A stretch of 64,000 nt of DNA from Candidatus Woesearchaeota archaeon. GTDB taxonomy: Archaea > Nanobdellota > Nanobdellia > Woesearchaeales > JABGXB01. Every line of letters begins with the position of its first letter. The stretch's first letter is position 1. The stretch covers positions 2,181-66,180 of the forward strand of contig JABGXB010000003.1 in the NCBI GenBank assembly GCA_018675975.1, given 5' to 3'. This document shows, in pieces, positions 56,043 through 64,000 of the stretch. Below the pieces are notes generated by a model. It was not told the DNA's origin, did no database searches, and was given only the letters and a program-made list of their open reading frames with translations. Made by a program: the position numbers and the translations under genes.

Positions 56043-56390
56043 ATGACAATCGTTGAGAGCATAATATATTTTATTGTATTATATTTAATACATTTATTTT
56101 CATTAAATTATATTTCAAAAAGGTTCGAAATTGACATAAATATTAATTTTAATTTATTAATTTCAATAATATTTCCATTAACATTTTTAATATCAAAATC
56201 ATTAATATCAGGACAATATTTAGGATTTTCCTTCTGGATTTCATTTTATTTAATATTGTTTTATATGAGCATTAAAAAACAATTTGATTTAGAGAATAAA
56301 CAAATTATAAAATTAAGTTTAGGAAATTTAATAATTAGCTTAATAATTTTAATAATAATATTAATTATAGTTTTTTTATTATTTGGATGA
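56043..56390 (+). CDS. Small membrane protein
   Basis: 115 aa, hydrophobic. Tightly coupled to 55685-56041. Confidence 0.5.
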   Translation: MTIVESIIYFIVLYLIHLFSLNYISKRFEIDININFNLLISIIFPLTFLISKSLISGQYLGFSFWISFYLILFYMSIKKQFDLENKQIIKLSLGNLIISLIILIIILIIVFLLFG

Positions 56391-56432
56391 ATTCTACTAA
56401 ATATTTATATAATAAAATAATTCATATTAATT

Positions 56433-57272
56433 ATGAGAGTATTTGAAAAAGTAATTGAAGCGAATTTAATTAAATTAAAAAGATTAGGTTATGATAGTAT
56501 TCAAACTAAAACCCAATATGAAAAATTTAGGTATAAAGGAGATACTACAATTACACTCTATACAAGTGGAAAATTAACAATAGCAGGTAAAAAGGAAAAT
56601 GAAGAAAAAGCAGTTAAATTTCTAATAGCTGAAAAAATTATTAAAATAATAAAACAAGATTATGAATATGATTTTGACTCGAATGACATTTATATTGGAT
56701 GTGATGAATCCCTAAAAGGAGATACTTTTGGAGGGATTTGTTTATCTATTTTTTGTGCTAATAAAAAAATAAGAAAAGATTTAGTTGAAATTGGAGTAAA
56801 AGATTCAAAAAAAATAATCGATGAAAAAATAATTTATATGGCAAAAGATATTATGAAAAAATATCCTGATAATTATTTAACAAAATCAATTGAACCATAT
56901 GAATATAATATATTAACACAAAGTCATAATGTTACTCAATTATTAAATTCAGTATATAAAAATATGATTTTAAAATTGACAAGCAAATTTAAAATAAATA
57001 AAATATATGTAGATAAATATCCTGGAGCTAAAATAATTGGAATTGAAAATATTATTTATTTAGAAAAAGGAGAATCCAAAATAATTGAAATTGCTGCAGC
57101 AAGTATTATTTCTCGTTATTATGCATTAAAACAAATTGAAAAATTAAATAAAAAAGTTAATTTTTACATACCCAAGGGATCTACACATGTAAAAGTCGCT
57201 CTTACTGAATTAAAAAATAAAAAATTGAGTAAAATTAATTTTGTAAAATTACATTTTAGAAATACCCAGTGA
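56433..57272 (+). CDS. RNase HII/HIII-superfamily ribonuclease with an N-terminal extra domain (RNase HIII-like architecture)
   Basis: IGCDESLKGDTFGG (the DE-x-x-KGD catalytic strand of type 2 RNases H) and VKDSKKI (DSK motif). An extra N-terminal domain of about 85 aa (YEKFRYKGDTTITLYTSGKLTIAGK), as in RNase HIII. Confidence 0.55.
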   Translation: MRVFEKVIEANLIKLKRLGYDSIQTKTQYEKFRYKGDTTITLYTSGKLTIAGKKENEEKAVKFLIAEKIIKIIKQDYEYDFDSNDIYIGCDESLKGDTFGGICLSIFCANKKIRKDLVEIGVKDSKKIIDEKIIYMAKDIMKKYPDNYLTKSIEPYEYNILTQSHNVTQLLNSVYKNMILKLTSKFKINKIYVDKYPGAKIIGIENIIYLEKGESKIIEIAAASIISRYYALKQIEKLNKKVNFYIPKGSTHVKVALTELKNKKLSKINFVKLHFRNTQ

Positions 57273-57419
57273 TTAATTAACTGTTTCTCTAAAACCACGA
57301 ATAAAATCAATACCCCAAGTAAATATTTCTATAAATTCTCCATTATAATAAAGAGTTCCAATTATTCCAATAAGTAAGTATATTAAAATAATGTGAAAAA
57401 TTAATTTTTTAATTGTCAT
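57273..57419 (-). CDS. Possible small single-TM protein (48 aa, below the ORF-track cutoff)
   Basis: Hand translation gives MTIKKLIFHIILIYLLIGIIGTLYYNGEFIEIFTWGIDFIRGFRETVN*. It fills the gap between 57272 and 57471. Confidence 0.25.
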   Translation of the reverse strand: MTIKKLIFHIILIYLLIGIIGTLYYNGEFIEIFTWGIDFIRGFRETVN

Positions 57420-57470
57420 ATTATTATAATTTAACAAAAACTTTATATAGGTATTCTTTGGATGTAATAT

Positions 57471-57806
57471 ATGTCTTTAGCATCTCATCATCAACATCTT
57501 AGAAAAAGAAAAAAGGATAAGGTACATCCATATCCACATAAAGATCCTAAATATCAATTATTAGATAGAACTATTGCTTTCGTTTCATTTGTATCTCCAT
57601 TTAGTGCACTTCCACAAATTTATAATATTTGGTTTATGAAAGATGTTCAAGGTGTTTCATTAATTACTTGGTCATTGCTTTTAATTTTAGGAATACCTTT
57701 ATTTTTATATGCAATAGTGCATAAAGATAGAAATTTACAAATTATGTTTGGTTTATGGTGTGTAGTTTATTTAGTAGCAGTTGTAGGATTAGTTATGTAT
57801 GCCTAA
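57471..57806 (+). CDS. PQ-loop / SemiSWEET-like 3-TM transporter subunit
   Basis: 111 aa with three TM helices after a basic N-terminus. PQ motif in TM1 (FSALPQIYNIW). Confidence 0.6.
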   Translation: MSLASHHQHLRKRKKDKVHPYPHKDPKYQLLDRTIAFVSFVSPFSALPQIYNIWFMKDVQGVSLITWSLLLILGIPLFLYAIVHKDRNLQIMFGLWCVVYLVAVVGLVMYA

Positions 57807-58416
57807 AATGAATAAAAAACAAATCGAAATTGAAATCAGTAAATTATTAGATTTTTCTGAACCTAAATTTAATTTAGAACAATATACTACTCCAAGTTCA
57901 ATTGCAATGGAAATTCTATGGGATGCATATAATGATAATTTAATTGAAGATAAAATTATAATGGATTTAGGTGTAGGTACTGGGATTTTAAGTATTGCAT
58001 GTGGCTTATTAGGTGCTAAAAAATTAATTTGTGTTGATATTGAAAAACAAAATGAATTTGAAACTAATATGTCTACTTATGATTTAAAATATGAATTTAT
58101 TCAAAATGATTTGAGTGAAAACATTGAATTACCTCATGTAGATTTAGTTATAATGAACCCACCTTTTGGAGTTAAAAATAAAGGTATAGATATAAGTTTT
58201 TTAAAAAATTCAATGAATTGTTCAAATAATATTTATTCTTTTCATAAAGCATCAACTAAAGAATATGTACAAAAATTTATTGAGAAAAATAAATTTAGTA
58301 TAATTAAAACATTTAATTTTAAATTTCCATTAAGAAATAAAATGGCTCATCATACATCAAAATTAAAATATATTGATGTAATATGCTTTAAAATCAAAAA
58401 AAGAATAAAATTATAA
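57799..58416 (+). CDS. SAM-dependent N6-adenine-type methyltransferase (METTL5 / COG2263-like)
   Basis: SAM motif I DLGVGTGILSIACG. Catalytic NPPF (MNPPFG). The alternative start is 57808. Confidence 0.75.
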   Translation: MPKMNKKQIEIEISKLLDFSEPKFNLEQYTTPSSIAMEILWDAYNDNLIEDKIIMDLGVGTGILSIACGLLGAKKLICVDIEKQNEFETNMSTYDLKYEFIQNDLSENIELPHVDLVIMNPPFGVKNKGIDISFLKNSMNCSNNIYSFHKASTKEYVQKFIEKNKFSIIKTFNFKFPLRNKMAHHTSKLKYIDVICFKIKKRIKL

Positions 58417-58438
58417 AGAAAAATCATTAATTTATATT

Positions 58439-58879
58439 ATGAAAAAGAGGTTTTATTTATTATTCGCTCTTATAATTATTTCAGCTATAATTGGAAATGT
58501 ATTTAGTAATGATAGTCCATTATCTGGAATGGCAATTATTAAAGCAGATTCAAATCCATATGATTTTGATCAAGCATTAGAATTAGCTCAGGTTGATGAA
58601 ACAATTATGATTATGAAATACTTAGTCTTTGGTGTATTATTATCAGTTGGATTAATTTATAGAAGAGATGTTGTAACAAGTATTACAAAAAAAACAAATA
58701 ATATATCTAATATAATAAATGAAAAAAGAAAATTAAAACAAAAAATGGATAGAGATAATAAAAACCTTAGCTTAGATAAACAAATAAAACAAAGAAAGGA
58801 TAATTTAAAAGATATTTCTAATGATATTGATAAAATAAAAAAAGATTTCTATAAAAATAAAAAAAACAATATATATTAA
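58439..58879 (+). CDS. Membrane protein with a K/N-rich coiled C-terminal tail
   Basis: Signal/TM MKKRFYLLFALIIISAIIG, a second TM YLVFGVLLSVGLIY, and a charged tail. Confidence 0.5.
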   Translation: MKKRFYLLFALIIISAIIGNVFSNDSPLSGMAIIKADSNPYDFDQALELAQVDETIMIMKYLVFGVLLSVGLIYRRDVVTSITKKTNNISNIINEKRKLKQKMDRDNKNLSLDKQIKQRKDNLKDISNDIDKIKKDFYKNKKNNIY

Positions 58880-59542
58880 ATGAAATTAAATTATAAAATA
58901 AGAAAATTTGAGCCAAAAGATACTAAAGCAATAAAAAATATTTGTGCTGATACTGGTTTCTTAGGTGAAAAAATAGATACATTATTTTCTGATAGAGAAT
59001 TATTCACTCAATTAATTAGAAATTATTATTTGAAGCATGAACCAGAACATATTTTGATTGCAGAATCAAAAGGAAAAGTAGTTGGATATTTATTTGGTTC
59101 ATTAAAACCAAATGCACATTTTTATATTTTATTAAATCAAATTATTGTAATGATTAAAATTTTATTTTCTTTCTTAATAGGAAAATATAAGAAATATCCA
59201 CAAAATAAAAAATTCATAAAATATTTATTAACAAAAGCACCTTTTGAATTAGTAAAAACTCCAAAAAATTATGCACATGCACATTTTAATATAATTAAAA
59301 AATATAGACATAAAGGAATAGGAACGGATTTAATTAAAACTGCTTTAAAACAATTATCAAATAAAATTAAAAAATATAAAATAAAAGGACTTTATGGAGA
59401 AGTATTTTCATATGCACATAAGTCTGAAGCGTATTTTGAAAAAGCTGGATTTAAAATATATGATAAGAAAAAAACTAATTTTTTAAAAGATAAAATCAAA
59501 GGAAATGTATATGTACTATGCATTACTAAAAAATTATTTTAA
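58880..59542 (+). CDS. GNAT-family acetyltransferase (divergent)
   Basis: YRHKGIGTDLIKTALKQL matches motif A. The start directly abuts the upstream stop. Confidence 0.55.
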   Translation: MKLNYKIRKFEPKDTKAIKNICADTGFLGEKIDTLFSDRELFTQLIRNYYLKHEPEHILIAESKGKVVGYLFGSLKPNAHFYILLNQIIVMIKILFSFLIGKYKKYPQNKKFIKYLLTKAPFELVKTPKNYAHAHFNIIKKYRHKGIGTDLIKTALKQLSNKIKKYKIKGLYGEVFSYAHKSEAYFEKAGFKIYDKKKTNFLKDKIKGNVYVLCITKKLF

Positions 59543-60879
59543 ATTAAAACTCCAATTAAATGCCAAGTGCTAGTTTCAATTATTTTTACTTTAAAACTTT
59601 CACCTATTTTTATTTCACTATTATCTTTTACAATTACTTGTGTATAATTATCAGTGCGACAGATTAAATCATTACCATTCTTTGCCTCTACAATCACATT
59701 TAATTCTTTATCCATATATTTTAATTTATTTTCAAAGGCAATTTTATTATGTAATAGTGATAATTCTTTTGATCTTTCTTTTTTTATATCATTATGTAAT
59801 TGTTCATACTCAGCTGCCAATGTTCCTAATCGAGGATAAAATTTAGATATATTAATTACATCAAATTTACATTTGTTTACAATTTCTAGAGTTTGGTTAA
59901 AATCATTTTCATCTTCATAAGGAAAACCACAAATTATATCAGTTGCAAATACTAAATCAGGAATTTCTAATTTAATTTCATCATAAATTTCATTAAAGTG
60001 TTCAATTGTATAACCACGTCTCATATGTGTTAAAATTTTATTTGATCCTGATTGAATTGGAATATGAAAAAATTTAAACATTTTATCATTTTTGAAAATT
60101 TCAACTAATTCTTTTTTATATAACATATAATGATCTGGATTCCCCATACCTAAACGTATTTTAAAATCTCCTGGAATAGATAATAGTTCATTTAATAATG
60201 TGGGTAAATTACTATTTATATCCATACCATAAACAGCATTATCTTGACTTGTAAGATATATAATTTTAGTTCCATTATTAACTAAAAATTCAACTCTTTT
60301 TTTAATATCATTTAAAGGAAAAGAAACTAATTTCCCACGGGCAAAAATAGTTTTACAATAAGTACATGGAGCACCTAAACAACCAGTTAATATTTGAACT
60401 GTTTGAATTACTTTTGCATCACGATTTATATTTGATTTAATTAATTGTTTATCTTCTAATAATTGTACATGTTTATTATTAAATTCATTTTCTATTGCAT
60501 TAATAATATTATCAATTTGATTAACTCCAACTAAACTTATATTTTCAAAAATGTCATTTAATTTTTTTTCATCTTTTTCCATTCCACGAATAGATATTAA
60601 TTTTGAATTTTTTTTAATTAATGGCTTTAAACTTTGTGCTATACAACCAGTAACTATAATTTTTTTATTTTCATTTTTATATTTTTTTAATAATGAAACA
60701 AATTTATCTTCTGTTGGATTTTTTACAGTACATGTATTAAAAATTAATAAATCACTATATTGAATTTCATCTTCATTTGAAGTTAAATCATAACCATTTT
60801 CAATAATCTTATTACTAATTATTGAAGAATCATCTTGATTAGCACTACAACCTTGAGTTTGAATATAAATTAAAGTCAT
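59539..60879 (-). CDS. mtaB: Archaeal/eukaryal-type methylthiotransferase (MtaB / CDKAL1-like, ms2t6A tRNA modification)
   Basis: N-terminal MTTase domain (IYIQTQGCSANQDDS), a radical SAM core followed by CKTIFARG as in CDKAL1-type enzymes, and a C-terminal TRAM-like end. Confidence 0.85.
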   Translation of the reverse strand: MTLIYIQTQGCSANQDDSSIISNKIIENGYDLTSNEDEIQYSDLLIFNTCTVKNPTEDKFVSLLKKYKNENKKIIVTGCIAQSLKPLIKKNSKLISIRGMEKDEKKLNDIFENISLVGVNQIDNIINAIENEFNNKHVQLLEDKQLIKSNINRDAKVIQTVQILTGCLGAPCTYCKTIFARGKLVSFPLNDIKKRVEFLVNNGTKIIYLTSQDNAVYGMDINSNLPTLLNELLSIPGDFKIRLGMGNPDHYMLYKKELVEIFKNDKMFKFFHIPIQSGSNKILTHMRRGYTIEHFNEIYDEIKLEIPDLVFATDIICGFPYEDENDFNQTLEIVNKCKFDVINISKFYPRLGTLAAEYEQLHNDIKKERSKELSLLHNKIAFENKLKYMDKELNVIVEAKNGNDLICRTDNYTQVIVKDNSEIKIGESFKVKIIETSTWHLIGVLI

Positions 60880-60947
60880 AATTTAGACATATAGATTATA
60901 TTATTTAAAGCTAAGCATAATTGATTAGTCACTGCACGGTGATAAGT

Positions 60948-60957
60948 TTATAAATAA
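60948..60957 (+). promoter_or_regulatory. Putative TATA box (TTTATAAATA) for the 60976 gene
   Basis: Lies 19-28 nt upstream of the ATG. Confidence 0.45.
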
Positions 60958-60975
60958 CCTGTTTGTGAATCTCAT

Positions 60976-62385
60976 ATGAAATTAAAACCAATTTTAATGT
61001 CTGTATTAGGTTCATTAGTATTAAATTATTCAAATATTGCAAATAATAATAATATATTACCACCTTTAGATATAAAAATTGAACAAAAAAAATCAATTTT
61101 AGATTATACTATAGATTCTATTAGAAATACATTACATAATAAAACAGGATCCATCAGAGGAAAGGATCCTAGATCAAGATTATTAAGACAAACATATGCA
61201 ACTAAAAATTTAGATTATTTACAAAGTACATTGATGGGACAAAGCCATGCATTAACAAATTCTAATAATATAAAAACATTAGATGAAATAGTTGGCACTG
61301 GTCCAAAAAGCAATATAATATTTTCATTAAATCAATTAATATTATTAAATAAATTATATACTCAATTAGACGAAGATACAAAAATTGTTGAAACAGATCC
61401 AATGATTCAATTTACACAATCAATTGAAAATCAATATGAAACCTTAGATTTATTTCAAAAAGGAAATGCGGAAGAATTAAATGCGTTTATTATTCCTTTA
61501 GTAAAACACATTTTTGAAAGTGAAAATATATTAGGACCTCAACAAACATATTCTATTGAAGAAGTAAAAAAATTATTTTTACATCTATACAATTTACAAA
61601 AAAAAGGTATTGGAAAATATGTAGATAGTGTTGAAATAAATGATAGATTTGGAAAAAATAAAAAATCTGATTGTGATGATGGTGCATTTATTACAAATAT
61701 ATTAATTTCAGAATTATTACAAGGAACAGGATATGTTAAGCCAATTAAAATACAAGGAATGTTTACAAAATTTGATAGTGGTATATTACATTATAGACAA
61801 TTTGTTTCAATAGATCATCATAATAAATATGCAGGATTTTTTATAGAAAATACAACAACTCCACAAAGTCAAGATTATTTTAGTTTAGTTAGTCATGAAG
61901 AACAAAAAAAAATAAAAAAAGGTTTTTCTAAAAAAACATTATCACCTGCAAAAAATATCGTTGTTGATTCATTATTAAATCATAAAGAACTTCAATTAAC
62001 TTATTTAATTAGACAAAATCCCTCAGTGAGTTTTCCTACAAATTATTTAGAAACATTACAATTATTTAAACAAAATTTAGATAAATCTAAAATTAAAACT
62101 AAAGATAAAGAAAAATATGAATTTCATATAAATTATCAAATGTTTAAAACAATTACAAACATTGTACAAGATTCAACATTTTATGCAGGTCATGATATAA
62201 AAAAAATATATAATGTATTGCAATTAGCAAAAAGAAAATTTGGAGAAAAATTTGTAACTCTTAGAAATAATTCTTTATACCAATCACATAGATATCAAAT
62301 TGAAGAAACATTACATGAAGGTGTTAAAATATTCAAAGATTTAGAAAGAAAAATTCAATTATCATTACATAAAACTAGAATTTGA
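60976..62385 (+). CDS. Hypothetical exported protein
   Basis: Signal-like N-terminus MKLKPILMSVLGSLVLNYSNIA. 469 aa. No family recognised. Confidence 0.55.
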   Translation: MKLKPILMSVLGSLVLNYSNIANNNNILPPLDIKIEQKKSILDYTIDSIRNTLHNKTGSIRGKDPRSRLLRQTYATKNLDYLQSTLMGQSHALTNSNNIKTLDEIVGTGPKSNIIFSLNQLILLNKLYTQLDEDTKIVETDPMIQFTQSIENQYETLDLFQKGNAEELNAFIIPLVKHIFESENILGPQQTYSIEEVKKLFLHLYNLQKKGIGKYVDSVEINDRFGKNKKSDCDDGAFITNILISELLQGTGYVKPIKIQGMFTKFDSGILHYRQFVSIDHHNKYAGFFIENTTTPQSQDYFSLVSHEEQKKIKKGFSKKTLSPAKNIVVDSLLNHKELQLTYLIRQNPSVSFPTNYLETLQLFKQNLDKSKIKTKDKEKYEFHINYQMFKTITNIVQDSTFYAGHDIKKIYNVLQLAKRKFGEKFVTLRNNSLYQSHRYQIEETLHEGVKIFKDLERKIQLSLHKTRI

Positions 62386-62778
62386 TCTTTTTCTATCAAT
62401 TAATACAGAAAAACAACTTATTGAAGAATCTAAATCAGGATTAATTTCCAATGCACTTTTGTAACTTACAATTGCTTTTTCATCTTCATTTAATAATCTA
62501 AATAAATTTCCAATTTTTAAATATAAAAAAGATTTATCTTCATTTAAATTAATTGCTCCATTATTTAATCTACTTAAATATAATTTTAATGCCTTAGAAT
62601 AATTTTTTTTTGAAAATTCAATATCTGAAATTCTTTTAGAATGAGATAAAATGTTTAAAAATGTATCAATAGAATTAGACCAACAACTTGGATTGGATAA
62701 TTTATTATGAATATCTTTAACATCTTCAATTATTTTTACAGATTCAAAATAATTATTTTTTTTAAATAAATTAAACAT
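62365..62778 (-). CDS. Small TPR-like repeat protein
   Basis: YLKIGNLFRLLNEDEKAIVSYKSALEINPD fits the TPR consensus. Confidence 0.5.
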   Translation of the reverse strand: MFNLFKKNNYFESVKIIEDVKDIHNKLSNPSCWSNSIDTFLNILSHSKRISDIEFSKKNYSKALKLYLSRLNNGAINLNEDKSFLYLKIGNLFRLLNEDEKAIVSYKSALEINPDLDSSISCFSVLIDRKRSNSSFM

Positions 62779-62939
62779 AATATAAATTAATTATAAAAAT
62801 ATATAATAAATTTGAACGTTGTTTATTTATTTTTTACTTTAAATATCAAATTTCATATATATATTGTAAAAATTATGATTAACATATAAAAAAAGAAAAC
62901 ACTATATTTTTTAAAATCATTTATAAGTATTTAGTAACG

Positions 62940-62970
62940 TTTATAAATAAAAACGAACAATTTATAAAAT
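62940..62970 (+). promoter_or_regulatory. Two tandem TATA-like boxes upstream of tfb, with an AGGTGA ribosome-binding site at 62991-62996
   Basis: TTTATAAATA at 62940-62949 and TTTATAAAAT at 62961-62970. AGGTGA lies 6 nt before the ATG at 63003. Confidence 0.4.
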
Positions 62971-63002
62971 TAAAGTACATCACTATTAATAGGTGAAATA
63001 TT

Positions 63003-63926
63003 ATGCAAGAATATAAAATTAGATGCCCAGAATGTAATAGTAAAAATTTATATCACTCAAAAGATTCTATAAATTGTAAAGACTGTGGTCTTGTATTAGA
63101 AGATAATTTAATTGATTTTGGTCAAGATTGGAGATCATTTGATAATCAAACGGAAGATAAACAAAGAAGAACTGGAGCTCCAATGAAATGGAGTCAGCAT
63201 GATCAAGGATTATCAACTGAAGTTGGAACTAAATCAGATTTAAATGTATTAGGAAATAAAGATAAGTCAAAATTTATGAGACTTAGAAAATGGCAATATA
63301 GAATTTCTACAGCAATGGAGAGAAATTTAAAATTAGCATTAGCAGAATTAAAAAGAGTTAGTTCATTTTTAAAATTACCATTAGCAGTTGACGAAGAAGC
63401 TTCAAGAATATACACTTTAGCAGTTCAAAAAGGTCTTGTTCGTGGTAGATCAATGGAATCAGTTGTATGTGGTGCACTTTATGCAGCATGTAGAAAACAT
63501 GATGTTCCAAGAACTTTAGATGAATTGAGTGAAGCTAGTGGAATTGAAAAAAAAGAAATTGGTAGAACTTATAGATTCATAACACGTGAATTACAAATTA
63601 GTATTTTACCAAGTAATCCAGCAGATTATATTCCAAGATTTGCATCAGCATTAAAAATAAGTCCTGAAGCACAATCAAAAGCAGTTGAAATATTAGATCA
63701 AGCACAAACTGCTGAACTAACAAGTGGACGTGGACCTACTGGAATTGCAGCAGCAGCACTTTATGTTGCAAGTTTATTAAATAATGAAAAAAGAACACAA
63801 AGAGAAGTAGCTGATGTTGCAGGTGTAACTGAAGTTACAATTAGAAATAGATATAAAGAATTATTAGATAGACTTGGATTAGAAGATACAATAAAACAAA
63901 TTAAGAAGAAAGAAAGTAATAATTAA
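63003..63926 (+). CDS. tfb: Transcription initiation factor IIB (TFB)
   Basis: N-terminal Zn ribbon CPECNS...CKDCG, a B-finger/linker, and two cyclin-fold repeats (RGRSMESVVCGALYAACR and RGPTGIAAAALYVAS). Confidence 0.93.
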   Translation: MQEYKIRCPECNSKNLYHSKDSINCKDCGLVLEDNLIDFGQDWRSFDNQTEDKQRRTGAPMKWSQHDQGLSTEVGTKSDLNVLGNKDKSKFMRLRKWQYRISTAMERNLKLALAELKRVSSFLKLPLAVDEEASRIYTLAVQKGLVRGRSMESVVCGALYAACRKHDVPRTLDELSEASGIEKKEIGRTYRFITRELQISILPSNPADYIPRFASALKISPEAQSKAVEILDQAQTAELTSGRGPTGIAAAALYVASLLNNEKRTQREVADVAGVTEVTIRNRYKELLDRLGLEDTIKQIKKKESNN

Positions 63927-63930
63927 TAAA

Positions 63931-64000
63931 AATGTCAACCAATATTACTGAATTACTTCCACCAGGAATTGATATTGTTTCAATTCCTTATTTTTCTTAT
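63931..64000 (+). CDS. 5' end of an unidentified ORF running off the window (MSTNITELLPPGIDIVSIPYFSY...)
   Basis: The ATG lies 5 nt after the tfb stop and the frame is open to the window edge. Too short to classify. Confidence 0.3.

Noticed and set aside
1-64000. I searched by eye for rRNA, tRNA, RNase P or SRP RNA, CRISPR arrays and IS elements. In this AT-rich background, GC-rich structured islands would stand out.
   Set aside because: The only GC-richer non-coding patch is the short island at about 7190-7260, which has no cloverleaf or long-range helices that I can fold by eye. I saw no spaced repeat arrays, transposase-like ORFs or terminal inverted repeats. A covariance-model scan would be needed to exclude small RNAs formally.

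Overview
This is a very AT-rich, tightly packed archaeal chromosome segment (about a quarter to a third G+C by eye, not computed). Archaeal identity rests on TFB (63003-63926), topoisomerase VI B/A (17154-19887), a family-B DNA polymerase (11600-14428), a PAC2-type proteasome chaperone, an archaeal/eukaryal-type MtaB, and TTTATAAA TATA boxes 20-40 nt upstream of many start codons. The AT bias, the N/K-rich hypothetical proteins, the sparse metabolism and the huge Cys-rich exported proteins suggest a DPANN-like episymbiont; that is inference only. I call about 65 protein genes, one Nudix pseudogene, one 27-bp coding tandem repeat and a few promoter/terminator elements. I recognised no rRNA, tRNA, CRISPR array, transposase or integrase. 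Several genes look bacterial or viral in origin: MutS1, an RNase HIII-like gene, a GC-richer flavodoxin-like reductase, and a phage-type DUF5664-like gene next to an HD hydrolase. The best candidate for an undescribed system is the translationally coupled operon at 38109-40634. It encodes a compositionally bipartite small protein, an AAA+ ATPase with a MIT/TPR-like N-terminus, and a radical SAM/SPASM maturase. It is divergently paired, through an intergenic region carrying inverted TTTGTGACA motifs and a palindromic TATA box, with a 1225-aa coiled-coil metallophosphoesterase (34181-37858). The second candidate is the three-gene exported-giant operon at 41846-51798. It encodes a 1636-aa anchored S8 subtilase with duplicated PPC plus Cys-rich modules, a 691-aa membrane-hairpin protein ending in a NERD/PD-(D/E)xK nuclease-like domain, and a 997-aa secreted protein. 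All family assignments come from motif recall on the supplied translations and my own hand translations; no searches were run.
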